This document shows positions 28,071 to 36,552 of a stretch of 64,000 bases of DNA, in pieces. The position numbers and the translations under genes were made by a program. The notes beneath the pieces are model-generated. The model ran no database searches. It was not told where the DNA came from and saw only the letters and a program-made list of their open reading frames with translations. Position 1 is the stretch's first letter. Each line of letters starts with the position of its first letter. This stretch comes from Candidatus Magasanikiibacteriota bacterium (GTDB lineage: Bacteria; Patescibacteriota; Patescibacteriia; Magasanikbacterales; UBA922): the NCBI GenBank assembly GCA_049287025.1, contig JBAQFA010000005.1, forward strand, positions 1,671 through 65,670. The letters run 5' to 3'.

Positions 28071-28325
28071 TTTTAGGGAAGCGGGGGGAGCCTCCCGGGT
28101 CATTTCTGACCCTCTGGTGGTTCTTTGTCGCGGTCGATAAGATCGATCCCGCCGTGAAAGCTGTCTGTGACTGCGCCAAAGACGCGGTCTAGGCATGTTT
28201 GGAGCAACTCCATTCTTTTATTTCGGGCACGAGCTCGATCTTCAAGGCTGAGCGTAGCCCAAGCCTCCAAGCACTCGCTCATCTTTCTTCCTCGCAAAGA
28301 GACCTCCTTCCCCCCTAAAAATATT
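28071..28325. mobile_element. GC-rich ~255-bp island bounded by imperfect inverted repeats, almost filled by a 60-65-aa ORF
   Basis: Left TTTTAGGGAAGCGGGGGGAGCCTCC and right GGAGACCTCCTTCCCCCCTAAAAA (RC: TTTTTAGGGGGGAAGGAGGTCTCC). GC is ~55% against a ~34% background. Confidence 0.35.
28100..28282 (-). CDS. Hypothetical small protein (60 aa from the ATG; 65 aa if the upstream TTG is used) encoded within the GC-rich island
   Basis: MSECLEAWATLSLEDRARARNKRMELLQTCLDRVFGAVTDSFHGGIDLIDRDKEPPEGQK. SD GAGGAAG is 4 nt upstream of the ATG. The ORF spans the island between its inverted repeats. Confidence 0.3.
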   Translation of the reverse strand: MSECLEAWATLSLEDRARARNKRMELLQTCLDRVFGAVTDSFHGGIDLIDRDKEPPEGQK

Positions 28326-28331
28326 TTTAGG

Positions 28332-28775
28332 TTATTTTATCAATATTTTTCTTCCTTTGTCAAGATGTTCAATTTTAATCCTAATCACTTTTTTGCTACT
28401 CAATAACTTGGAAATTTTCTCCGGCCACTCAATCAAACAAATTGTATCTGGGTTCCCTAGATAATCTTCAATCCCGATTTCAATTAAATCTTTTTCATCC
28501 TCAAGTCGATAGGTATCAACGTGCACTAATCTTTGAATCTTTGAATCTTTGAATCTTTGAATTTCGTGAACGTTCATCAGTGAAAAAGTCGGACTAGTAA
28601 TATTTTTTTTAATGCCAAAATATTCAGCAATACCTTTGGTTAGAGTCGTTTTGCCAGCACCCAGATTACCTTCAAGTAAAATAATATCACCAGGTTTAAA
28701 TTTTGAAGCGATGCTTTTACCGAGATTTATAGTTTCTTGTTGTGATTTTGTTTTGTATAGCATAGTACACGTCAT
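28332..28775 (-). CDS. tsaE: tRNA threonylcarbamoyladenosine biosynthesis protein TsaE (YjeE ATPase)
   Basis: P-loop GNLGAGKTTLTKGI and the conserved TSPTF motif, 147 aa. Contains an 8-bp tandem repeat (aatctttg x4 at 28528-28563), read in frame as FKDSKIQR. Confidence 0.85.
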   Translation of the reverse strand: MTCTMLYKTKSQQETINLGKSIASKFKPGDIILLEGNLGAGKTTLTKGIAEYFGIKKNITSPTFSLMNVHEIQRFKDSKIQRLVHVDTYRLEDEKDLIEIGIEDYLGNPDTICLIEWPEKISKLLSSKKVIRIKIEHLDKGRKILIK

Positions 28776-29127
28776 CCCCGCGAAGGCGGGGATCTTTTAT
28801 CGTAAATTCCACAAATCTTTCCATTCAGGATTATTTTTTTCAATTAATTTTATTTTCCATTCCCTATTCCATTTTTTCAAACATTTTTCTCTATGAATAG
28901 CATCGTTAATGCTTCGATATTCTTCAAAATAGACCAACTTATGAACCCAATATTTTTTTGTAAAGCCATCAATTATTCCTGTTTTATGTTCATTTGTTCT
29001 TCGATCTATGTTGTTTGTTACACCAATGTATAATACGCCATATTTTTTACTTGCTAAAATATAAACATAAAATGTTTTTTCCATACAGGCGAGTTTGTAT
29101 AAGATTCCCGCCTTCGCGGGAATGACG
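28761..29127. mobile_element. Compact mobile-looking cassette: a GIY-YIG nuclease gene flanked by 27-bp terminal inverted repeats
   Basis: Left end CGTCATCCCCGCGAAGGCGGGGATCTT (28761-28787). RC of the right end: CGTCATTCCCGCGAAGGCGGGAATCTT (29101-29127). Each terminus is itself palindromic. Inserted between glyA and the tsaE start. Confidence 0.5.
28797..29084 (-). CDS. GIY-YIG nuclease family protein (stand-alone URI domain, ~95 aa)
   Basis: FYVYILASKKYGVLYIGVTNNIDRRTNEH ... KKW: GIY...YIG core with conserved Arg and Glu. Confidence 0.85.
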   Translation of the reverse strand: MEKTFYVYILASKKYGVLYIGVTNNIDRRTNEHKTGIIDGFTKKYWVHKLVYFEEYRSINDAIHREKCLKKWNREWKIKLIEKNNPEWKDLWNLR

Positions 29128-29144
29128 TAATTGATGGTGTTCCA

Positions 29145-30395
29145 TCAAACAAGTTCAGGATATAAAGGAAATTTTTTGGTTAATTCAATTACATCAGCCT
29201 TAATACTTTTAAGTTTGGTTTCGTCTTGCCAATTCATAATTCCCTCGTTCATCCAATTGGCAATAATTTCCATTTCCGCTTCTTTCATACCACGGGTAGT
29301 AAGAGCCGGAGTACCAAAACGAATACCGGAAGGATCCATGGGACTGCGTGGATCATCAGGAATCATATTTTTATTTAGGGTAATACCAGCAATATCCAAA
29401 GCGATTTGGGCTTGTTTACCAGTAATACCTTTGGAAGAAAATAAATCTACTAATAAAAGATGATTGTCTGTACCACCAAAACATAATTTATAACCCCACT
29501 CAGAAAACTTTTTTTCCAATACTTTAGCATTAACTTTAATTTGTCTGGAATATTCTTGAAATTCTGGTTCCAGTGCTTCTTTAAATGATACGGCTTTGGC
29601 AGCAATATTATTTTCATGTGGTCCACCTTGAAGCCCTGGAAAAACTGCTTTATCAATCTGTTTGGCAAATTTTTCTTTGCACATAATCATACCTCCACGT
29701 GGTCCACGCAGAGTTTTGTGTGTAGTCGTAGTCACCACATCAAAAATTGGGACGGGGTTATTCATTTGTTTGCCAGCAATCAGTCCACCAATATGGGCGA
29801 CATCGGCCATAGTGATCGCCCCAACCTCATCAGCAATCGCTTTTATTTTTTCATATTCAATTTCGCGTGAATAAGCGCTGTAGCCCACGAGAATCATTTT
29901 TGGTTTATGTTCCAGAGCCATCTGACGCAAATTATCCAAATCAATCTTTCCCTCAGCATTAGTTTTGTAACGAATGAAATTAAACACTTTTGCCATGTAA
30001 GTCACAGGATGACCATGGGTTAGATGTCCACCGTGAGACAAATCCAAACCAAGAATTGTATCACCTGGCTCCATTAGACCAAAATATACCGCAATATTCA
30101 TAGGAGCACCAGACAGGGGTTGAACATTGACATGTTCGGCACTGAATATCTGCTTGGCACGATCAATCGCTATGCCTTCAATCGTATCAATAAATTCACA
30201 ACCACCATAATATCTTTTGCCAATATAACCTTCGGAATATTTGTTGGTTAAGACTGAACCTAAAGCTTCTAAAACAGCGAGAGAAACAAAGTTTTCTGAT
30301 GGGATCATTTCTAGACCTTGCTCTTGGCGGGCAAGTTCATTGGTTATGGCTTGTTGAATTGTTGGATCGTAGTTTTTTAATAAAATTTTGTTCAT
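29145..30395 (-). CDS. glyA: Serine hydroxymethyltransferase
   Basis: PLP-lysine region TTTHKTLRGPRGG and SHMT signature GLDLSHGGHLTHG, 416 aa. Confidence 0.95.
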   Translation of the reverse strand: MNKILLKNYDPTIQQAITNELARQEQGLEMIPSENFVSLAVLEALGSVLTNKYSEGYIGKRYYGGCEFIDTIEGIAIDRAKQIFSAEHVNVQPLSGAPMNIAVYFGLMEPGDTILGLDLSHGGHLTHGHPVTYMAKVFNFIRYKTNAEGKIDLDNLRQMALEHKPKMILVGYSAYSREIEYEKIKAIADEVGAITMADVAHIGGLIAGKQMNNPVPIFDVVTTTTHKTLRGPRGGMIMCKEKFAKQIDKAVFPGLQGGPHENNIAAKAVSFKEALEPEFQEYSRQIKVNAKVLEKKFSEWGYKLCFGGTDNHLLLVDLFSSKGITGKQAQIALDIAGITLNKNMIPDDPRSPMDPSGIRFGTPALTTRGMKEAEMEIIANWMNEGIMNWQDETKLKSIKADVIELTKKFPLYPELV

Positions 30396-30400
30396 AAAAA

Positions 30401-30440
30401 ATAGGTTATAGGTTTTAGTAAATAGGTTATAGGTTTTTTA
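30401..30440. repeat. Tandem 20-bp repeat (ataggttataggttttagta x2) between glyA and the NUDIX gene
   Basis: Two direct copies. The same TTAGGTT/ATAGGTT word family occurs at 20089, 40048 and 42901. Confidence 0.5.
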
Positions 30441-30441
30441 A

Positions 30442-30930
30442 TTACAACATATTTTTATAATCAGAAATTATTTCATAAATATTTTTATTACAATCGGTTG
30501 GTAAATCATTTATATCTATCCAGGCCCATTCTACAATATCTGCACCTGGTTTTATTTCTCCAATTCTTTTTGCTAGATAATGATATAAAATATATTTTTT
30601 ATCTAATCCGCGCCAACTGGGTGCTTCTGTAGTAATTAATTGTTTAATAATTTCTAAATCAATGCCAACTTCTTCTTTGGCCTCTCTTTTACAAATCTCT
30701 ATTGGGTCAGTCTCATTTGGTTCAGCCTTACCACCAGGAAAAAGCCAGGGAGTAACTCCGTAGCTTTTCTGTTCTTTAACTAATAAGACTTTATTATTCT
30801 CAATAATTACTGGACCTGAACAAATGATTGTTTCCATAAATTGCTTGATAAAATATGGATTTATGGTATCATAATCTTGTATTTTAGACAAATTTTTATG
30901 GTTTGGGTATTTTTGGCAATTGGGGCTCAT
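30442..30930 (-). CDS. NUDIX hydrolase
   Basis: Nudix box GGKAEPNETDPIEICKREAKEEVGI (GX5EX7REUXEEXGU), 162 aa. The N-terminal extent is uncertain and overlaps the divergent neighbour. Confidence 0.8.
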   Translation of the reverse strand: MSPNCQKYPNHKNLSKIQDYDTINPYFIKQFMETIICSGPVIIENNKVLLVKEQKSYGVTPWLFPGGKAEPNETDPIEICKREAKEEVGIDLEIIKQLITTEAPSWRGLDKKYILYHYLAKRIGEIKPGADIVEWAWIDINDLPTDCNKNIYEIISDYKNML

Positions 30931-31797
30931 TTTTCTTGGGCAATAGAAAATATTTTAACAAAATATGCTGTAGAGAAAAGGTTTGCCAATCCTTATGTTT
31001 TTTTAACCCTATTTTCTATAGTTGATATCTTATTAATATTTGCTTTGCCATTTGTTGGGTATCAGATACCACCATTAAATATTTTGATATTATTATTTTT
31101 GTCTGGTTTCATTTATTTTTATGGTGGATTACCTTATATCAAAGCCATGCAATTGGAAGAGGTGAGTAGAATTAATATTTTGTGGAGTTTAATTCCAATT
31201 TTTTCTTTAGGTTTAGGTTATTTTATTGGTGATCGTTTAGCTTGGTTTGAATTTATTGGAATGTTTATTTTGATTTTTGGTTCGGTTTTAACCTCATTAC
31301 ATTTTAATCAAACAGCAAACACCTGGAAATTTTCAAAAGCTTTTTGGTTAATGTTAATTGTGTGTATTTGTTATGCTTTTTATGGTGTTTTAATGCGCCA
31401 GGCTTTGCAACAAATTCCTTTGATAGTTGCTTTTGTTTGGTTTTATATTTTTGAAGCCATGGCTGCTAGTACTATTTTGTTGTCCAAGAAAATTAGAATT
31501 GAAGTTGTAAAAACTATTAAGGTAATTAGTCGTCGAGATATATTTTTGGTTTGTCTCGTAGTTTTGACTGCTTGGGGAGGAGTAATATTAAATCAATGGG
31601 CTTTATCTTTGAAACAGACATCATTAGTATTTGCCATGGAAGGTTTTCAAGCCATTTTTGTATTTTTAATAGTCGGTTTAATTTCCTGGCTGGCACCAAA
31701 GTATATAAAAGAAGAATGGGATAAGAAAAATTTGTTATTGAAATTGATCGCTTTAATTTTTATGGTGGCGGGGATTGTGGTGTTGAACCTTGCGTAG
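30841..31797 (+). CDS. EamA/DMT-family transporter
   Basis: Ten TM helices in two five-TM repeats. The likely true start is the ATG near 30898 (MVWVFLAIG). Confidence 0.7.
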   Translation: MLDKIWIYGIIILYFRQIFMVWVFLAIGAHFSWAIENILTKYAVEKRFANPYVFLTLFSIVDILLIFALPFVGYQIPPLNILILLFLSGFIYFYGGLPYIKAMQLEEVSRINILWSLIPIFSLGLGYFIGDRLAWFEFIGMFILIFGSVLTSLHFNQTANTWKFSKAFWLMLIVCICYAFYGVLMRQALQQIPLIVAFVWFYIFEAMAASTILLSKKIRIEVVKTIKVISRRDIFLVCLVVLTAWGGVILNQWALSLKQTSLVFAMEGFQAIFVFLIVGLISWLAPKYIKEEWDKKNLLLKLIALIFMVAGIVVLNLA

Positions 31798-31849
31798 TTT
31801 TTGTATTTTTAATATAATGGTATTGTGTTAATAGTATAAAGAAATAAAT

Positions 31850-33991
31850 ATGTCAGAAGGTGAAATAAATAAATCAATAGCAGAAGAGATTAGAAAAGAA
31901 AATACTCGCAAAACCATTGAAGCCGTGGATTTTTTTGTGAAACGCGATCTTTTGGGTGTTTCCGGACCGCTTACACCAGGCATTGAAGATTTTGTCCAAG
32001 CTGACAAAGACGGTACATTTTTAGTTGATATTACTAATTATAGAGGCTATTTAGAAAAAATTGGTTTTTTACCAGATCCTAATATTAGTGAAGAAAAACT
32101 AGAAGCTCCACTAATGGCAACCGGAACTGACGGCTTACACCCAGATATTAGGTTAGATGACCCCTTGTTAGAAACCAAAGGAACAGATTTAAGATTTGAA
32201 GAAGGCGCAGGAGAACATTCGGATTTTGGTAAAGAAAATATTAGAAGGACGCGTGTTTTTGTTGATGAATATAACGCTACGGCTAAAGATTTAGGGCCTT
32301 TAATTTTCAGATTTGAAGGTACACCACGTCCTGACCAAGTGCGCAGTTTGGATTATAAATGTTTTTTATTACCTCAAACTAAACAAATAGTATTAATGTG
32401 TGATCTACGTGGTGAGGCAACATTTATTTTGCATCTTACCGATGAATTAGTAGCTTCTGTTGATGAAGCGGATATAACCGAATCTTTGTCTCTGATAATT
32501 AAAAAGCTTGCTGGATTAGACGGCGACGAGAGTCAGAAACAAAGAGAAAATACAAAGCGAATTTTGCAATTTGATCGTCGTGGTTATAGTATTAAACGTT
32601 TAATGTTGTCGCCAGACGTTAGATTAGCTATCACGGATAAAGTGGCTCAGCATGCTAAAGATGCAATCCAAATTTTAAGAGATAGAACTGCGTCTAAACA
32701 TGGAGAAGCGAGGGCTTTGGATGATGATGCAGGCATAAAACAACTAGAGGGAACTGTCCCGGACGGAGTTTTAACTCGAGCTGAGATTAGGGATTTGCTT
32801 AGAGATGGTGGTTACAAAGCTAGATCTGAACAAAATATACAAACAGATCTATCACGTGTCGTAGAAGAATTAGAAGATAGTGACGGAGTTCCACATACTT
32901 TTAGAGATGGTAAATATTTTGATCTTGAAGTGGTATCTCGTCTAAAGGAAATTTATAAGTTGAGAGAAGAGCCGCCAGAAGGATGGGTAGGTTTACCAGA
33001 ATTAGCTAGAGATGCCTCTAAAATTATTGACAAAGAGGTTAATGATCACACGTTGTCTACTTATTTAGAAGGGGTAGCGGGGTTAAGTTATAACAAATTA
33101 AATGAGCAAGCACAACGTGAAGAACAAGTACTCGCTGCAGACGAATTAAAAAATTTAAGAGAGGATAGAGGTTATGGTTTTTTTGATATACCTAAAGGGC
33201 AACACAAGGGGCTTTATCTCCAACCAGATTTAGCTAATAAGATGAAAGAATTAGTAATAAAAAATGGGGGGGAGTCATTTGAGTTTGGTTATTGGGAAGT
33301 TGATTTGGCAAAAAAATTGCGAGAAGAGTATGGTTATGACTTTGCTGATGTGGTTAAAAAAGAAATGGATTGGGCCAAAAGTTTGGCACCTGGTCAGCGA
33401 GAGTATTATTTAGTTTTGGCTGGAAGAGGTAAAAAAGAAAAACTTACTCCTTTTTTTGTAGAGAAAATTTACAGAGCAATTCAAGAGAGTGTAAAAGAAG
33501 ATCAAGAATTTTTACAAACTGAGTTTGAAGGGACTAAACCAAGGAGTAACATGTCAATCCTAGATGAATTTGGTATTAGTAGAAGTAATTTAGAGACTCT
33601 TACTGAAAAAGTAATAAAACGTTATAGTACCAAACCAGAAGGGAAAAAATATTTTTCACGTTTAGTATTTGTTACCCATGGTAAAGGCAAAAGACCAACA
33701 ATAGAAAAATATTTTAGTGCCGAGTTAACGGTGGCTTTAATAGCAGAGATTGGTGAGTTTCTAAAATTGCACAAAGAAATGATAAATTTCTTTCAACTTT
33801 CTAAGATGCTTGGATTAGATCGTAATATTGTGAAAGAAACTATTTTGGCTTATGTTTCATTACATAAGGAAGATGCGGAAGTTGTTGGTGGATTTAGAAG
33901 TCAAGAAAGTAGTGAAAAAGGAGGTAGACCGAGGTATTTTTGTAATAATGAGTTAGCTATCAAAATTTTAAAAGAAGCAGGTAAAATTTAA
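31850..33991 (+). CDS. Large hypothetical protein (713 aa), no recognisable domain
   Basis: Uninterrupted 2.1-kb ORF. It is hydrophilic and charged, and I could not find any family motif in it. Confidence 0.6.
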   Translation: MSEGEINKSIAEEIRKENTRKTIEAVDFFVKRDLLGVSGPLTPGIEDFVQADKDGTFLVDITNYRGYLEKIGFLPDPNISEEKLEAPLMATGTDGLHPDIRLDDPLLETKGTDLRFEEGAGEHSDFGKENIRRTRVFVDEYNATAKDLGPLIFRFEGTPRPDQVRSLDYKCFLLPQTKQIVLMCDLRGEATFILHLTDELVASVDEADITESLSLIIKKLAGLDGDESQKQRENTKRILQFDRRGYSIKRLMLSPDVRLAITDKVAQHAKDAIQILRDRTASKHGEARALDDDAGIKQLEGTVPDGVLTRAEIRDLLRDGGYKARSEQNIQTDLSRVVEELEDSDGVPHTFRDGKYFDLEVVSRLKEIYKLREEPPEGWVGLPELARDASKIIDKEVNDHTLSTYLEGVAGLSYNKLNEQAQREEQVLAADELKNLREDRGYGFFDIPKGQHKGLYLQPDLANKMKELVIKNGGESFEFGYWEVDLAKKLREEYGYDFADVVKKEMDWAKSLAPGQREYYLVLAGRGKKEKLTPFFVEKIYRAIQESVKEDQEFLQTEFEGTKPRSNMSILDEFGISRSNLETLTEKVIKRYSTKPEGKKYFSRLVFVTHGKGKRPTIEKYFSAELTVALIAEIGEFLKLHKEMINFFQLSKMLGLDRNIVKETILAYVSLHKEDAEVVGGFRSQESSEKGGRPRYFCNNELAIKILKEAGKI

Positions 33992-34002
33992 AAAAACTGG
34001 CG

Positions 34003-35637
34003 TTAAGCCAGTTTTTTAATCATGTAAGTTTGTTGTAATTTGTATCCTAATTTTCGATAATAACCTCGCACTCCCACTCCGGAAATCACAGCAATTTTTT
34101 TATATTTATTTTTTTTACTAATTTTTTCAGCTTCTTCAACTAATTTTTTACCTAAACCTTTGTGTTGACTGGCAGATTTATTTTTTGTACCCAGTTCAAG
34201 TAGTTGTCCATAAGTGTGGAGTTCTCGTATATATGCTAACGAATTATCATCAAGAAGACGTAAACGTAAAAAACCATAAACAACCTGTCTTTTTTTATCT
34301 TCGTAACTCAAAAAATATTCTGTCCCACCTGTTGTTTCATATTTATCAATAAAAAGTCTTAAGTCTTCAGTTTTAAGTCTTAAGTCTGGCTGGTGTCCAA
34401 CCTCACGACAGCGTAAGCATTGGCATTCCAAACCCCTTTTGGCCATTTCTTTTTTAAGGTTTTGTCGGAGATTGGTAATCATGTTTCCACCCATAATTTC
34501 ATTGTCAGGAATATCACGAATTAAACGAGATATTCGGCAATAGCGTGGCGTACTGGTTTTCATTTCAATTAACGCTTCAAATAATTTTTTTTCTGAATAT
34601 GGTTTGTATTTTTTTTCTTTGTACCATTGATATAGGGCAGCAGTTTTTATCACTGTGCAGGGATAAATTTTTACCATATCAGGTTTAAAGCCTGGATCAG
34701 TAAATAATGACTTATACATTTCCACATCATGCTTGGCCGTAGTACCAGGGAGATCGGGCATAAAATGTAAATCAACTTTAAAACCAGCTTGACGTAACAA
34801 AGTCATAGCATCTTTAAATTGCTGTACAGTGTGTCCACGTCTGACTAATTTTAAAATTTTATCATCTGGTGCTTGCAGACCTAGTTCAATTCTAGTACAA
34901 CCCATTTGGCGCATGTGATTGATTGTCTCTGGGGTTATACAGTCGGGGCGGGTTTCTAAAGTTAGACCGATTATCTTGTGGCGGGCGTGACGGTCATTAT
35001 AACTTTGTTCTTTTTTTAAATTCCGAAGGAGCGAAGCGACTGAGGAATCGCTTTTTAATGCATTTGAAGAGACTTTGAAAAGGGATCTCTCACTTCGTTC
35101 GAGATTATTTGCCGCCCGGAAAGATTCTAAAATAAACCAATATTGATATTTTAGAGGATAAACATTCCACGATCCGCCTTTAATAATATATTCAATTTTG
35201 TCAGTCGGGTGGCCAGAAAGTTTTAGCATTTCTATACGTCTCACCATTTGCTCATAAGGATCAAAACATAGAGCCAAGGCTCTGGCAGCCGCTGGTTCGC
35301 TGGCCAAATAGCTTTTTGGCATTCTAGCCTCAGTCGGGCAATAAACGCATTTTCCAGGGCAATTATAGGGCTTACAGAGGGAGGTGACAACGGCTACACC
35401 AGAGAGAGTGCGTATATCAGCTTTACGCATGAATCGTTCTAAGGTTTTGTCCTGCTTGACTCTTTTCATTTTTAATAAATTTTGGTAAGCTTGTAGCAGG
35501 CTACGATTAGAAATTTGGTTGATGGAGAGTTTATTACAGACTTTTCTTCTGATATCATCAAACTCAGCCCTGGTAGTGGGTTGAAAGGAAATAATTTTTA
35601 ATATTATATTTTCTAGATTTTCCATAGATAGATACAC
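34003..35637 (-). CDS. elp3: Elp3-family radical SAM / GNAT protein (tRNA uridine-34 modification-type elongator protein 3 homolog)
   Basis: Radical SAM cluster CPGKCVYCP, a central SPL-like region and a C-terminal GNAT (KGLGKKLVEEAEK...GYYRKLGY). The likely start is the ATG at 35625. Carries an in-frame palindromic element at 35021-35105. Confidence 0.85.
   Translation of the reverse strand: MYLSMENLENIILKIISFQPTTRAEFDDIRRKVCNKLSINQISNRSLLQAYQNLLKMKRVKQDKTLERFMRKADIRTLSGVAVVTSLCKPYNCPGKCVYCPTEARMPKSYLASEPAAARALALCFDPYEQMVRRIEMLKLSGHPTDKIEYIIKGGSWNVYPLKYQYWFILESFRAANNLERSERSLFKVSSNALKSDSSVASLLRNLKKEQSYNDRHARHKIIGLTLETRPDCITPETINHMRQMGCTRIELGLQAPDDKILKLVRRGHTVQQFKDAMTLLRQAGFKVDLHFMPDLPGTTAKHDVEMYKSLFTDPGFKPDMVKIYPCTVIKTAALYQWYKEKKYKPYSEKKLFEALIEMKTSTPRYCRISRLIRDIPDNEIMGGNMITNLRQNLKKEMAKRGLECQCLRCREVGHQPDLRLKTEDLRLFIDKYETTGGTEYFLSYEDKKRQVVYGFLRLRLLDDNSLAYIRELHTYGQLLELGTKNKSASQHKGLGKKLVEEAEKISKKNKYKKIAVISGVGVRGYYRKLGYKLQQTYMIKKLA
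35021..35105. repeat. Palindromic miniature element copy (GAGGAATCG...GGGATCT variant) inserted in-frame in elp3
   Basis: TTCCGAAGGAGCGAAGCGACTGAGGAATCGCTTTTT ... AAAAGGGATCTCTCACTTCGTTCGAG. Encodes ERSERSLFKVSSNALKSDSSVASLLRN in the protein. Confidence 0.55.
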
Positions 35638-35732
35638 GGATTAAACAGATCAAACGGACCTGTCTGCCGGCAGGCAGGTAAAAACGAATCCGTTCAAATT
35701 TGTTAAATCAGTTTAATCCGTGTTTCTATCTA
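35625..35732. repeat. ~108-bp composite palindrome filling the divergent intergenic region between elp3 and a methyltransferase gene
   Basis: TAGATAGATACACGGATTAAAC ... CCTGTCTGCCGGCAGGCAGG ... GTTTAATCCGTGTTTCTATCTA. The inner GC palindrome shares CCTGCCTGC/GCAGGCAGG with a palindrome at 50388-50440. Confidence 0.5.
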
Positions 35733-36482
35733 ATTAATGTTATTATGAAAGATAATGACCTAATAAAACTTAACAAAGAAACTTATAATAAAATCGCTCA
35801 TCTGTTTGCAGAGACCCGTAAATATCTTTGGGATGATTTAAAACCTTTACAAAAATATACTAAGGATGGTTTTAGAGTCCTTGACCTTGGTTGTGGTTCA
35901 GGCAGATTATACCATCTTTTTCAAGATTTTCAACCCCTCGACAAAGCTCGGGGCAAGGGCGTAGAATATATTGGTTTGGATCAAAGTGAAGAACAAATAA
36001 AAATTGCTAAACAAAAATTTCCTAATATAGATTTTAGAGTGGGGGAAATGACAACTCTGCCTTTTGTCGATAATGAGTTTGATGTTTTGTATTGTATTGC
36101 CACTTTCCATCATTTGCCAGATGAAGAGTCACGCATAAAATCTTTACAAGAAATGAAGCGAGTATTAAAGTCAGGTTCATATATTTTAATGACCAATTGG
36201 AACATGTATTCCAAAACAGCACAAAAATTAGTAGAAAATGGAAAGTTTAATGAATTTAAACCAGGAGACTTTCTAATTCCATGGATGAATTCAGAAAGAG
36301 AAGTCTTGGGAGAAAGATATTATCATGGATTTATTTTGGAAGAATTGGAAAATTTATTTAAAAAAACTGGCCTTCATGTTGAAGACCAATATTATACTAC
36401 TAAAGGTGTTGCTGGAAGTAAGACTAATCCAGGGAATATTGTGAGTATTATAAAAAAGGCTGGAGAGGCCGGAAAGGCTTGA
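35700..36482 (+). CDS. Class I SAM-dependent methyltransferase
   Basis: VLDLGCGSGRL motif I, acidic post-I residue (LDQSEEQ) and the IATFHHL motif. The likely start is MKDNDLI near 35745. Confidence 0.8.
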   Translation: MLNQFNPCFYLINVIMKDNDLIKLNKETYNKIAHLFAETRKYLWDDLKPLQKYTKDGFRVLDLGCGSGRLYHLFQDFQPLDKARGKGVEYIGLDQSEEQIKIAKQKFPNIDFRVGEMTTLPFVDNEFDVLYCIATFHHLPDEESRIKSLQEMKRVLKSGSYILMTNWNMYSKTAQKLVENGKFNEFKPGDFLIPWMNSEREVLGERYYHGFILEELENLFKKTGLHVEDQYYTTKGVAGSKTNPGNIVSIIKKAGEAGKA

Positions 36483-36552
36483 AATGCCAGAAAAGGTAAT
36501 TAAATTTTAAAAGTACCGTATCTTCTTATTTTGATGTTAAGTTAAAAAATTA

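Noticed and set aside
28528-28563. 8-bp tandem repeat (aatctttg x4) inside tsaE, as a possible frameshift or phase-variation site.
   Set aside because: The 32-bp tract is read through in frame (FKDSKIQR) within an otherwise intact TsaE with its P-loop. There is no evidence of a switch from a single sequence. Noted only as part of the microsatellite finding.
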